Assembly: GCA_050273025.1 (NCBI GenBank)
Contig: CP158636.1
Coordinates: 1,736,001-1,800,000, forward strand
DNA length: 64,000 nucleotides
Direction: 5' to 3'
From: Cenococcum geophilum
Lineage: Eukaryota
In this document: positions 11,801 to 26,491 of the stretch, piece by piece
How positions within the stretch are numbered: position 1 is the stretch's first letter
Layout of the letters: the number at the start of each line of letters is the position of its first letter
Position numbers and translations under genes: made by a program
Notes under the pieces: model-generated
What the model was told of the DNA's origin: nothing
The model's database searches: none
The model's input: only the letters and a program-made list of their open reading frames with translations

Positions 11801-14800
11801 ACTTGGCTTATTATTGCATCTTATATTATTAAGTATCCCTAATATTAACTTAACCTATGACCTAATTGATCTTTAGATTATATTCCTATAACTAAGGTAT
11901 TCCTAGTACCGCCTTATCCTATCCTAATAGTAGGATATTAAAAGACATCTTAATTTATCTCCCTTTAATGGTTATCTAAATAGGTCCTGTTTTAAGATTA
12001 ATGATCCCTCCTTTATAGGCTATTAGATCTCCTAAAATTATAACTAATAGGTAAAGTTGCTCCTTTTGTTTATAAGGTAGCCTTATTCTCTTAACTGCTG
12101 CTAGTAAGATATAGTTTCGCGTTACTCTACTATCTATTAGCGCTTCAAACTATTAATCTTACTATTTAACTCGTAAATTTAGGTGTTACCCTTAAATTCC
12201 TTTAAGGGTCTAAAGCTTTACTACTGGCTCCCTCTAGTCTTATGGGCCTCTACTTTTCCTAACTACTAGCTGCTTAATCCTTATATACTTAGCTTACTCT
12301 TTAGCTAATGCCTAGTTTACTTCTTATCTTTAATATACTATAGACACGTGTTCTCTAGGCATTTCTACTACTATTATTTATCTAAGCATTCTTCCGTAAG
12401 GAATCTTCCTGGTTAAAGTATTAAATCTCCTTCCTTTTAAACTTCTGTTGGATGCTATCTGTGTATATACTTAGCATTTCGGTACTACTATTTATCTATT
12501 ATCTAGTACATTCTTATAGGGTATTTCCGATTCTTTTCTTTTGGATTCTTATATATCTCGCATATATTATCCACGCATGCAATCTATAATAGCGTATAAT
12601 ATGCTAGGTGCTTAGGGTTAACTTTTAGCTTGTCTTCGTCCTTGAGTTTAAACCTTTATTATGCTAATCTAAACGTTATAACTTTATTCGCGGGTACTAA
12701 GATGCGTCACTCGCTTCTCTAGTCCTCTAATTGTTCCTTTAGATCCTTTAACGTTATAATTAAGGCTCCTTTAATATAAGTTATAGCCTTTTCCATAATT
12801 GGGTGGTCTTAGATAACTTTTTCGTCTAACTATATATAGAAATCTTCCCACTTATTGTTGTATTATTGCCTATACCACTTTTAGTATAGCTGCTAGAGTA
12901 TATACGGCTTATCCATAAGGAAGTATCTTCTTATTACTATATTATAATAGCCCTTAGTATATTGTTCTTTAAACCTAGTTAAAATCCCTAAATCCTCTTT
13001 ATTTTTTAGTTTGGTAAGCTACTTAGCTCTTAGTGTACCTATTCTAGGCCTATAGGTGATTTTTTGTACTAGTGCTCTGTCCTTTATACGTCCTAATATA
13101 CTAGATCTCTTATCTAGTTTCTGTTCTTACTATGCGATAATTCTTTATCTAAATTCTTCCATAGTTTCCTTTAGTTTGCGTCTTACGCTTAGATTTTTAA
13201 AGTCTTCTCGCTTCTTAATCTTGGTATTAACATTTTGATTTTTAGTCTAAACACTATATTCTACTAGTAAGTCCTCTAGGTCTATATATTCGTCTCCTAG
13301 TCTAATTACTGTTTATACTATAGATTCTCTAATCTATAAAGAAGCTCCTTACCTCTTACCTATAGGTGTCTTTATTTATACTCCGAATTCTTAATCCCTT
13401 TAGATTTATAATTCTAAGCTTGCTTCTTTCTTAAGCTTAGCTCTAGCCTTAGTCTAACTAGGCTTACTTAGTGTTCTTATCTTATCTTAAGAGTCTTAAA
13501 TCTCACTTATCTTATCTTAAGAGTCTTATACCTATAGGAAACTTCGTCCTAAGCTTATTCGTATATTACTAAACTAAGCCGTTACTCTGCTTTATTGGTT
13601 ATTGTCTATTATAGGTCCTTAAGCTTGCCTTATCTTATCTTAAGAATCTTAGTCGTCTTTTATCTCGTCTTAAGAATCTTAAGCCTTTGGCCTTTTGCCT
13701 TTATCGAGTGCCGAAGTAGTTCGCTATCCTACTTTTCTTATATCTCGTAAAGCGATAGACACCGTATCTAGTGGGGTTTTAATCCTAACTAATATTCCCT
13801 ATTTTATAGTGGAATTATTCTCTACCTCTGGTATAATATCTCCGAGGTCTGCTTACTCCTAGTAAGCGGCCTATATTACCTTATTATTATAAAATGCTTC
13901 GCCTGTATTAAATTTATTATCTATAATATCTAATCTATAAGCTGGTTTATTAGTTCCTCTATATTCTATAGGTGCTAGCTCCTATAGCTAGTAGCTTATA
14001 CCGTACTTGGCGTCCTTATAAATTTGGTATATATTATTATAATAGAACGCAAAACTTTTAATTAAACACTCTTTTGTTCCTTGTAGTATATTATTATCCT
14101 TCTATACATATATATCGTCTGCTAGTCTTATACCCTTTACTATATAGTAACTCTGCCTACTTTTATAGTCTCTAATATAATAACCTTGTTTTCCGTAATT
14201 TATATAAGCTCTCTTTTTAAACTATTTTTCTTGCTATAGAGTCTACCTAAACGTCTTCTACTGCTAAGATCCCTAGTTTAGCCTCTGCTCCTTAAACCTC
14301 TAATTACTTAATCCTTATCCTCTGGATTTCTACGGTTTTTTGCTCCATCTCTTATAGGCTTTTTTAGTACTACTTAGGTCTATTGGCTCTGCGCTATACC
14401 ATGGTTTTTAACTTAGCTTTAGTTATTACGTACTCTGCGCCTTATATAACTATAGAACTCTATCCTAGCCTTTTTTAGCCTGTTCCCTTTGGTAGATCTA
14501 ATTATTAATCTTAATCGCTTAATCTATTAGTTCCCTTAAGGTGTCCGTATCTTCTATTAGGATAATTACGTCCTAGACTTTAGCCTTAAGTCCTTGCTTA
14601 TACTATACTATAAGCGCCCTATTATTCCACTCTACTTACGTTACTAACGTCTGGAACTACGTTGTATACTCTATTGCTGAGGTTTATTACGTAATATCTT
14701 AGAGTTTTCTTTCTACTGTGATCACTGCCTCTGGGTCTCTAAACATTTATATAAGTCGTTCTACAAATTTATTCTAGCTTAAGAACATAAACCGTACCTC

Positions 14801-15211
14801 TTAGTTTATAGTTGTCATTCCATTTGCCTGGATTTCTGTAAGGTAAGGCTTAAACTATTTAAGTGCCCTTCCTGTTAAGAATAGTCCCGTATACGCTATT
14901 TGATCTATAGGTATTACTAGCTTAGCTCCTTTCTATACTACCTTAAAGTGCATTTATATAAGGAATCCTTTAAGCTTTAATCTCTCTCCTAAGTATCTTT
15001 TAATTAATAGTAACTTAACCTTTACTACGCCTATCCCGTTAATCCTGTTTTCTAACGTCGCATTATTTTCTGTTAACTGGTCGACTATCTCTTATAGCTG
15101 TCCGACCGTTATAGGTTGCTATAAGTTAGTGTCTGCTATACTAGTGTTATTACCTAACCTTAAAGTAGTTGCCGCCGTCAATAGCGTCGTGGCTGGTGCT
15201 TTTGGTGGCAT
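8860..15211 (-). pseudogene. gag-pol of Gypsy-B copy 2
   Basis: ATG CCA CCA AAA GCA at 15211; protease ~12145; RT ~11600-11000; RNase H ~10750-10400; integrase ~10120-9100; chromodomain ~9045-8915. Confidence 0.93.
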
Positions 15212-18200
15212 GTTGTTTGACTTATTAATACTATAACTAGGTAGTGATTGTGTAACGGAACCTTATAGCAAGAACTATAATGGGCTTATTAATGGGCTAG
15301 GTGTGTAGGTAATGTAACGAAGTTAATAACGTAATAATAACTGGTAGAGTGGTTGCCTAACAGATTAACTCTAATTATATTCTAAGAATTACTATAAGGA
15401 AGGAACTATCTAGGTAGGGACTAAGGGTCCTTAAATACACAACCGTACTCCTATGAAATCCTTCTTATACGTGATATACGTCTTATATATAAGGTACGTG
15501 AGTTCCTCTCGTTCCTCTCGTTCAATACGTAGCACGTCATATAACCTCGGTTACTATTCCTCGTCATATGGTTCTACCGGCTCCATCCTAGACCGTGCCT
15601 AAATTAACCAACTAGCTTCTTTCGACTCCTCTCCTAGTAGTCGTAATATTGTACTTAAAGCGTCCGTAACAAGATACTAATATAGTAGATACTAATTTAT
15701 AATAACCTATAACGGTCGGATAATTATAGGAGGTAATTAATTAGTTAACAGTAAATAATGCGGCGCTAGAAGAAAGGGTTAATGGGATAGGAGCGGTAAA
15801 AATTAAGTTACTATTAATTAAGAGGTACTTAGGGGAGAAGTCTAAGCTTAAGGGATTTCTTATATAAATATACTTTAAGATTATATAAGAAGGGGTAAAG
15901 CTGCTAACACCTATAGATCGAATAGCCTATATAGGGTTATTCCTATTAGGAAAAGCACTTAAGTGGTTTAAGCCTTACCTTATGGAAATATAGATAAACG
16001 GAATAACGACCACTAATTAAGACGTGCGATTTATGTTCTTAAGCTAGGAAGGGTTTATAGAGCGACTTATATAAATATTTGGAGACCCAGAAGCAATAAC
16101 CACAGCGGAAAGAAAACTCTAAAACCTTATATAATGAACCTTAGCAATTAAGTATATAATATAGTTCCAGACGTTAGCTACGCAAGTTAAGTAAAATAAT
16201 AGGGCGCTTATAGCATAGTATAAATAAGGACTTAAGGCTAAAGTCTAGGACGCGATTATCCTAATAGAAGATACGAACACCCTATAGGATTTAATAAATT
16301 AGGCGATTAAGATTAATAATTAGATCTACTAAAGGGAATAGGCTAAGAGAGGTTAGGATAGAGTTCTATAGTTATATAAGGCGTAAAGTATACAATAACC
16401 AAAACCAAGTTAAAAACTATAGTATAGCGTAGAGCCAATAGACCTAAGTGGTATTAAAGAAAATAAGAAATAGAATAAGAAACTATAGAAACCTAGAGGA
16501 TAAGGATTAAGTAATTAAAGGTCTAAGAAGTAAAGGCTAAACTAGGGATCTTAGTAGTAGAAGACGTTTAGGCGGACTCTATAGCAAAAAAAATAGTTTA
16601 AAGATGGAGCTTATATAAATTGCGGAAAATAAGGTTACTTTGCGAGGGATTATAAAGATAGTTAGAGTTATTATATAATAAAGGGAACTAGACCATTAGA
16701 AGACATATATATATAGAGGGATAATAGTATACTGCGAGGAATAAAAGAGTGTTTAATTAGAAGTTTTATATTTTATTATAATAACGCATACTAAATTTAT
16801 AAAGACGCTAAATATGGCGTAAGCTACTGGCCGTAGGAGCCAAAATTATTAGAGTTTAGAGGAACTAATAAACTAGTTCGTAAATCGGACATTATAAATA
16901 ATAAATTCAACGTAGGTAAAACATTTAGTAACGATAAGGTAATAAAGGCGGCTTACTAGAAGTATATAGCCCTTAAAGATATTATAAAAGAGGTAGAAGA
17001 TAATTCTACTATAGAATAGGGAATATTAGTAGGGATTAAGACCCCGCTAAATACAATGTCTATTGCTTTATAAGATATAAGAGAAATAGGACAGCAAACT
17101 ATTTCGGCACTTAATAAAGGCAAAAGGCTAAAGGCTTAAGATTCTTAAGATAAGATAAGAGATAACTAAGATTCTTAAGATGAGATAAGGCAGATCTAAG
17201 GACCCACGATGGATAGAAACCGATAGAGTAGGGCAGTAGCTTAGTTTAAAGATATATAAATAAGCTTAGGATAGAGTTTCCTATAGGCATAAGACTCTTA
17301 AAGTAAGATAAGTAAGATTTAAGACTTTTAAGACGAGATAAAAACACTAAATAAGCCTAATTAGACTAAGGCTAGAGCTAAGCTTAAGCTAGAAGCAAGC
17401 TTAGGATTAAGAATCCTATAAAACTAAGATTTTAAGACACGAATAAGGACTACTAATAAGATTAGAGAATCTATAGTATAAACAGCAACTAGATTAGGAG
17501 ATAGATATATAGACCTAGAGGATTTACTAAAAGAATATAGTGTTTAACCTAGAAATTAAACGGCTAACACTAAGATTAAGAAGTAAAAAGACTTTAAGGA
17601 TCTACTCACAAGGCAAAAACTAAAAGAAACTATAACAGAATTTAGGGCAAGAATTATCGCATAGTAATAATAGAAGTTAGATTAGAGAACTAATACACTA
17701 AGACGTACTAAGGATAGAGTACCTATATAAAGAATTACTAATAGGCCTAGAGTAGGTATAATAAGGGCTAAGTAGCTTACCGAACTAGAAAATAAAGAGG
17801 ATTTAGGGATTCTAACTAGATTTAAGAAACAATATATAAAGGGCTGTTATAACGTAGTAATAAGAAGATACTTCCTTACGGATAAGCCGTACACACTCTA
17901 GCAGCTATACTAAAAGTAGTATAGGCAAAGGCATAACAATAAGTGGAAAGATTTCTATATATAGTTAGATAAGAAAGTTATTTAGGACTACCTAATTATA
18001 GAAAAGGCAATAAGTTATATTAAAGGGGCCTTAATTATAATATTAAAGGATCTAGAGGAATAATTAGAGGACTAGAGAAGCAAAAGGCGTATCTTAGTAC
18101 CTATAAATAAAGTTATAACGTTTAGATTAATGCGGTAGAGGTTTAAACTTAAGGATAAGGACGAGCTAAAAGTTAACCTAAAGCACTAGGCGTACTATAC

Positions 18201-21200
18201 GTTATCATGGATTATATGCGTAGATAACTCGTGTAATATATACCGAGCACCTAAAGATAAGCATTGGAAATATCCTATAAGAATATATTAGATGGTAGAA
18301 GAACAAAGGTATAGAAACGCTAAGTATATATATAGATAGCATCTAGTAGAAGTTTAGGAGTTAGGCGACTTAATACTTTAACTAGGAAAATTCCTTATGG
18401 AAGAATACCTAGAGAACACGTATCTATAATATATTAAAGATAAAAAGCGAACTAAGTATTAGCTAAAGTTGGACTAAGTATAGATAGGATTAAGCAGCTA
18501 ACAGTTAGGAAAAGTAGAGGCCTATAAAGCTAGAGGGAGCCAATAGTAAAGCCTTAGACCCTTAAAGGAATTTAAGGACGACACCTAAATTTATAAGTTA
18601 AATAGCGTAATTAAAAGTTTAAAGCACTAATAGATAGTAAAGTAATAAGGAACTATATCTTACTAGCAGCAGTTAAAAGAATAAAATTACCTTATAGATA
18701 GAAGGAGTAACCTTACCTATTAGTTATAATCTTAGGAGATCCAATAACCTATGGAGGAGGGATTATTAACCTAGAGATAGGACCTATTTAGTTAACTATT
18801 AAAGGGAGACAAGTTAAGATGTCTTTTAATATCCTACTATTAGGACAGGATAAGGCAGTATTAGGTATACCTTAGTTATAGGAATATAATCTAAAGATCG
18901 ATTGGATTACAGGTTAAGTTAATATTAGAGATACTTAACGCCGTAAGATATAATAGTAAACCAAGTTAGTATAGTACTAAGTAGGAGCTACCTATAAAGA
19001 GATAGAGAAAGGACTAAGTTATATACTTAAGAGATACCATAAGTATGGCAAGAAACTATAGTTACTAGAGAGTGAGAAGCTAGTAGAGTATGTAGTATAG
19101 GACTATAAGATAGAGCTAGAACTAGGAATAAGTTTAAGGTTCTTTCTAATTTACAAGCTTACTAAAGAAGAAGGTAAAGTATTAAAAGAGTTTATCTAAG
19201 AGAACCTACAAAAAGGATATATTAGACCATCGCAGTTATTAGCAGGTTATCCAGTACTATTCGTACTAAAGAAGAATGGAAAACTTAGGTTATACATTAA
19301 CTATAAATAGTTAAATAGCATCACTTGGAAGAATAGGTATCCTTTACCCTTAATTAGCAAAATCTAAGACAGAATAGGTAACGCGTAAATCTTTACAAAG
19401 ATAGATCTAAGATAGGCATACTATTAGATTAGAATTAAGGAAGGCGACAAATAAAAGGCAGCCTTTAGGTTAAGAGAAGGACTATATAAGCCATTAGTTA
19501 TACAATTCGGGCTTATAAACGCACTAGCGACATTCCAGAAGCGAATTAATAGCGTATTAGAAGAACACCTTAATAAGTTTATTATGGTATACCTTAATAA
19601 TATTATTATCTACTTAATAACTAAGGAAGAATACGGGGAATACGTTAAATGGGTTTTAAAGAGACTATAAAAAGAATAGATACTAGTAGCAATTAAGAAA
19701 TACAAGTTCTTTACCAAAAAGACCGATTTTGTTAGATTTATTATTAAACTAAGTTATATTAGTATAGACCTAAAGAAGATTAAAGCAATAGTGAGTTGGC
19801 AGGAACCAGAAAATATAACGCAGTTAAGGTTATTTTTAGGGGTTTGTAACTACTACTAAAGGTTTATAGAATAGTAGTTAAAAAACATTAAACTATTTAC
19901 TAGGCTTATAAAGAAAGAGGAACTATAGGTATAGGGAGACGAGTAAAGGAAGCTATTTAAAGAACTTAAGAAGTTGTTTACCTAAGAGCCGATTCTTAAG
20001 ATCTACTAACCAAGACTAGATATGGTCGTAGAAACAGATATATTAGACTATATACTAGGAGTATACTTGCTATAAAGACATAAGGACACATAGTACCTAG
20101 TAGTATACTATAGTAAAAAGATAACACTATTAGAACTAAACTATAACGTCTATAACAAGGAGTTATTAAGGATAGTCGCAGCACTTAAGGAATGGAGAGC
20201 ATTCTTATAAGGCGTAGAGAAACCATTTATAGTTAAGACGGATTATAAGAACCTAACGGGGTTTCTAATAATAAAAGAACTTAATTAAAAATAAGTTAAA
20301 TAGGCAGAGATGCTTATAGAATACTATTTTAAGATTTAGTATACTAAAGGAACTAAGAATGTAAGAGCAGATATACTTAGCAGAAAGGCTAAACTATAGA
20401 ATGAAGAAAAACTATTAGGGCCAATGCTACGCAAAGATAAGGATAGATTAATTAGGTATAATTACCCTAGGCTAGTAGTAACCTAGGAGGATAATAAATT
20501 AAAAAGAGTCTACAAGATACTAGAAAGCTTTTGGGTATAAAGAATTCTAGAAGTACAGCTAGAAGATCTATAGATAGATATATACGAGAATTAAAAAGCA
20601 AAGTATATCCTAAAGAGTATAGCAGAGCATTTTATAAAAGACTTTTATAAAGAAATAACTTAGGGATATAATAAAGCAATAGGCTTAGTGTTAAAATTAT
20701 AAGAAAAATACATTATTAATAGAATCTAGGGCATAGCTAAAAAAGTAATAAAGGAATATCTAGATTACTAAAGAAATAAACTAATAAGGCATAAGCCATA
20801 TAGAGGGCTATAACCTATTAAAATACTAAAAAGACCATAGGAGGTTATATTATAGGACTTTATTATTAAGTTACTAAAGTTAAGAGATTTTATTACTGGA
20901 TAAGATTATAACGTAATCTTAGTAATAGTAGACAAGCTTATAAAGTAGGAATACTTTATAGTATGCATAGAAGAAATCTTAGTAGAAGATGTTGCTAGAA
21001 TCTATATTAAAGAAGTATTTATAAGATATAGAGCACTAAGTAAGATTATATTGGACAGAGATCTAAGATTTATAGCAGCATTTTAAGAGGTATTCTTAGC
21101 AGAATAAGGAGTTAGAGTAGTAACTTTTACCGTATATTACCTACAAACAGACGGTTAAATGGAAAGACTAAATTAGACACTAGAGTAGTATCTAAGGTAT

Positions 21201-24200
21201 TATATTAATTATACGTAGAATAATTAGGTATTATTATTACCAGTTATATAGTTTGTATATAATATAACACTATAAGAAGGAATAGGTATATTACTATTTA
21301 AGGCGAATTATAGATATAAGCTAAGAATATTATTATTACTATAATAAGCGAAGAAAACGAGTAGTATAGTAAAAGAAAGTGTTGGTCATATAGGGTGACT
21401 TACCAATAACGACTACTCAAATAGGTTACAGTGATGTTAGTTAATAAAGCTTATTAATTGAAATGAGGGAGGGCGAGGAGCTTAAGGCTCCTCGCCACGC
21501 TAGTGCCGCGGCGACACGTGATGGCAACTTGCCTTATTCCCAACACTAGTAACTCTTTTTTTATAGTTGCTATCTATATACAAATACTGCTTAACTATTA
21601 TAACGAATACGGATCCTTCTTACTTACTATTACTATTATAATATAAGTCTCGCTGTCCTAAAATTTGCCTTTTAGCACGTGGTACTTTCTTACTAAGGAG
21701 TTGTAGGTAGATATTGTGTTAGGGCCATTAGGGCCGCTAAGGCGCTAATAGTAAGCGAGCTAATAGCGATTTTCTATCCTGGGGATAGAAAATCCTAATT
21801 AGCTAGGTTAAGTTAGGGTCTATAAAATGTTATGCTCCCCCCTTTAAAAAAAGTTTTAGTAAGAGAATCTAACTAATTAAATAACTTTAACCGCCGGTTA
21901 AAGTTCCTAGATATCTTAAGACCTTATATAACTAAGAAATTTCTAGGGACTTCCTTTTAACCTAACCTTTAACTTATATACGTAGAGTATTTATATTAAC
22001 AAACGTCTCTAGTGCCTTATTTGGGTTCGCCTTTATTATTACATCTACTAGGTTATCTTAGCTATTAATCTATTAAATCTTAAAGAGTTTTTATTATTTA
22101 TAGGATTAATAAAGTGCTATAATGTTAATTATAAGGCGCTTCTCCTTTATAGTATTAAGCTTAACTAAATACTTATAGAGGGAGTATAAGTTAGTATATA
22201 TAATTATAGGGATAACGGAAAGTGCAAGTTAATCTATAATTATTTTTAGGGTAGTTCTAATCATAATTGCTATATTAACTCCGCTAACTATTCTATATAT
22301 TTTTAACGCTAAAACACTTTAAGTAACGCGCTTACTCTTAGTTAAGCTCTAATAGATAAGATTACCGTGGATTATAAAGTTATTCTCTCTAGTAGATTTA
22401 TTCGCGATAATAATCTTATATCCTAACTGGGAGCTAAAATCTTTATTATTTATAAACGATCTATTAATAAATATAAAGAGCTTAGCGGTGGAGAGATTGG
22501 TAGGTATATAGCGTAGTCCCCAATTAAGATGGTTTATTTACTAGAAAAGACGCTTATTTAGGGCAAGAATGTTATCCTTAGTTAGTTCCTAGTGTTAGAT
22601 AGTAACAAAGAGATTAAATAAAGCCTTAAGTTAATAGATAGAAGTAATATAAGCTCTATAAGCGCGCTACTCTACATATCCTTACTTTAGAGAATTAACG
22701 TTAATAATATTAATTTTTTTGCCTTAACCCTTCTGGCGTAAAGCAATAGAATCCCCGTTTAGGGAGAGAATACATTTATTAAAGAGTAATAGTACTGTTA
22801 AATTAAGCTTTTTCTTTAGTTTTGCTATAAGATTTACCTTTATTAGCTTATTTTCTTTAAGAGCTAAGAATCGGTCGTCTCCTAAGATAATTATATTATT
22901 AGTTTATATGCCGACAATTTTAAATAGAGTTCCCGTAGTTATAATAAGGAAGTATAGATTAAATATAGAAGTAGTTATTAAAAGCTTCTCTTTATAGTGC
23001 TTGCTATAGGTAGCCCACTAGTAAGTTCCTACCTCTGCAATGCTATATAATAGCTTAAGTATAACTATAATTATATCCTTGGGATATTGGTAACAAATTT
23101 ACTTTAAAAGGTATGCCAGTATTAAGCGCTAAAGGTGCGTCTCTAATTGGGTATAGGCCTAAGTAATATCTTATAAATAAACCGCCATTCTATTTTTTAT
23201 TAAGAAGGGAGCTAGCGCAATAATAACTTGCTAACTAGCTTATTAAATTATAGGAGATTACGTAAGAATTACCTCCTTACTATTATTATTATAGCCTTAG
23301 ATAATAAGCCTTAATTTCTTAAATGGGGTATTAATAGCTTTGCCCTTAATCTTATTAACCATTCTTAACTTAAAGATGCGGACTCTATCGAATTTAGTAG
23401 GGTCGTACTTCTTGAATTTAAAGACTCCTCTTATAATAAGACTATCGATCTCCTACTTATTAGATGCTTAGAAAGGAGCTCCTAGAGTTATAATATAACC
23501 TTCCTTTTAAAGCTGTTTTACGAGTTTAAAGTTAGCCTTCTCCTTAGCTATTATAAAGGCTATTAATAGCTTAACTCTATTCTTAATAGCGGCAATAAAT
23601 TGCTCTTTAAAATTAATAAGATGTTAGTAATTTTGTGATCCCTTTAGGCGGCCTCTACCGCGTTATAGTTACGGCGTATCTACTATAATTATATTAGAAT
23701 TATGGTCGCCTTCTAAAGTATATTAATTATGGCTTTCCTCTAGGGCATCTTTTATAGCATCCTGTAAAGGCTTAGAACTATTATCTTTATAGTAAGGCTT
23801 AATAACAGTTAAACGGAATTAAGTGGGTCTGTAAGGCATCTAAATAGTGTAAGTTTAACCATTAATTGCTATAAGTTAATGTAGGCCTAACCATCCTCCC
23901 TTTTTACGCTATACGCGTACCTTAGACTAGAGTGGTAGATTAAGCGTAGTTAAGGTATTTGGGCCGTTTCTTATTCCTAGTGCGTTATTAACCTAGTATA
24001 TAGCGTAGAGATATTATACCTCCTTTATTGCCTTATAAATAGCCTTAGCTTATTATATAATAGAGGGAGATAGTAGAGAATTATTAGTTATTTAAGGGTA
24101 GGCGCTAAAGACTAGTAATATAGGTACGAGTCTATCCGGGCCAGTAGAATTATTAATAGCTTTAATAGCTATTTATAAGGTAAGTTCTTCGCTAGTATCC

Positions 24201-25109
24201 TCTAGTTCTAAAGAGATAATCTTATATACGCGGCGTAATAGCGCGTAATATTGTTTTACTTTTTTAATACTATTATATGCCTTAATAGGGACTTCCTTAA
24301 CCTTAATTGCCATTACCTTTATCTATTATTAGAACTCTATAGATAAGAAGTTCTTTCCTATATTATAGACGATTTAATTAGGGGGTCCTAGGTAGATATT
24401 AATCTAGTATAATTATAGGGTATCCTATACGTTCCTAGCTAATATATTCTTTAAGAAACATACGGCTTAGAAGGAGGTTAATGTCGGTATTACCTGGGGG
24501 GGTACTGCAATTGCAATATAAGGTAATAGGTTCTTTAATTCATTTGTATCTTTCGCAGAGGATCGTAAGGATCGCGGTGCCTAAATAGGGGGCTGATAAG
24601 TCACCGTAAGGATGACTAATCAGAGACATAACTACGTAACCTCTACTCGTATAGACACTGGCGACATTTACAAAAAGGAAAGAAGGTAAGAAAGTATAAA
24701 GGAGAAGTATATAGCAGTACGGTGCTAGCTTAGACGGACTATAGGCGTAACGGTACAATTGTTTAGTTAGTAGACTCTATCTATATATTCTAACACTAGC
24801 AGTTCTTTCTTTATGCGTAAAACCACTAATATATAGACTTTATTAATATAGTATTCGTAGCTTACAAAGGCCGTAGGGGGGGGAGAAGCACGCTGGCATT
24901 TGGGGCGCGCTATTAACATAATTTTCGACGTAGCAGATCTATAGGGGAGGCAGCAGATAGTGACGTTCGTAGGTAAGGGGAGCTCAGCTATAGGAAGGTC
25001 ATTTAAGACAGCTGGAGCTAAGTTGCGCTGTTGCTAGGTAGGTTACGGAGGTTTATACGAGCTTAGCTGCCGTAGGTCCTTAGCTTTAGTTAAGGGGGAG
25101 AGTAAAGCT

Positions 25110-25421
25110 AGCGGAGCTTGCGCGGGCGGAGCTTGTGCGGACGGAGCTTGCGTAGGCAGAGCTTCTGTAAACGGAGCTTACGTAGGCGGAGCTTGCGTAG
25201 GCGGAGCTTGCGCGGACGGAGCTTGTGCGGACGAGGCTTATATAGGCGAAGCTTGCGCGGACGGAGCTTGTGTAGGCGGAGCTTGTGTAGACGGAGCTTG
25301 TGTAGGCGGAGCTTGTGTAGACGGAGCTTGCGTGGACGGGGCTTGTGCAGATAGGGCTTACGTGGGCGGAGCTTGCGCAGACGGAGATTGCGCGGACGAA
25401 GCTTGTGTGGACGGAGCTTGC
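25110..25421 (-). repeat. 15-bp tandem repeat (CGGAGCTTGCGTAGG), probably encoding QAPST/QAPPT units in the gag-like frame
   Basis: About 20 units read directly. Confidence 0.9.
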
Positions 25422-26225
25422 TAGGGTATAGACGCAGCAGGTGGTTGAGGTATCCTAGGGGTGGTGGCAAGTGGGCGTAATTTAAGACGATAGTTGATAG
25501 TATATGAATTAAAGGGTCCTTCGCTGTTGATATATAGCTAAATTTCTGCATCTAACTATTCCGTACGGTCGTCCTTATAAGCGATGTTATATAGTGCTTG
25601 TGGTACTAACTTGCTCTTTTTATTAAAGACCCATACTCTATTACATTGGAGTAGTTATTTAAGTCTTTTAATTGCAAACCTATTAGCGTCCTTAAATGTT
25701 TATACCTTAAAATTATTAAAGTCCTCTTGGTATAAATCCCATAGGGTTTTATTCTTAAAGTTATAGCTAGTATACTTATTAATTTTAAAGTAAATATAAT
25801 TGGTAATATCCTCTGCAGTAGTCTTATTAGTTAGGGTAATTCTATTAGCCTAGTTTAGACGTTGGGTTTATATATCGGATATAATTAACTAGCGTAGATT
25901 ATAGTATAGGTTGTAGTGTAGGTTATAGTATAGGTAGGGGTGTAGGTAGGGGTGCTGCTGACGCTGCTAGGTATACTAGCGCTTAGTAAAAAGGTTATAC
26001 TAGGTGTTAATTTTGCGTAGTAGACGCGAACCGAACGAAGCCTTAGTAGGAGTCGGTTCTTTTTAGCAAACGCAACGTGATTAACGGGCCTTAGTAGGAG
26101 CGATCGCGTGTTATCTCTTATGGTAGATTTTGTGTAATGGACGCGAACCAAACAAAGCCTTAGAGGAGTTGGTTCTTTAAGTTCCCAGGGCCTATATAGG
26201 AAGGGTTCTCCTTAGTAAACACAAT

Positions 26226-26491
26226 CATTAGGAAATTTTTTTTTGGGCACGTTGTTGCAAACGAAAATCGGGGTCTGCAAAACCTGCGTAAGTCGCAAAT
26301 TTGGCAATTTGCGGCGATTTGCAGCAATTTGCTACAAACACATAGGCTACCTATGCACGCGCCTGCCTTATCTATGTGTTTGTAGCAAATTGCTGCAAAT
26401 CGCCATAAATTACCAAAATTGCGACTTACGCAGGTTTTGCAGACCCCAATTTTCGCTTGCAACAATATGCCTAAAAAAAAATTTCCTAATG
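26226..26491. repeat. 266-bp foldback, MITE-like (~120-bp arms, ~26-bp loop)
   Basis: 26226-26345 is the near-perfect reverse complement of 26372-26491. Confidence 0.93.

Larger units (their letters stand above)
7737..15671 (-). mobile_element. Full-length Ty3/Gypsy chromovirus (Gypsy-B copy 2), inverted inside the gag of copy 1
   Basis: 421-bp LTRs at 7737-8157 and 15251-15671, reverse-complement homologues of the copy 1 LTRs. TSD AGATA (7732-36, 15672-76). PPT on the minus strand at 8158-8178. Confidence 0.96.

Noticed and set aside
25108..25551. Arg/Lys-rich ORFs (KLRPR)n and (RRSLC)n
   Set aside because: Alternative frames of the 15-bp repeat in the gag-only element.
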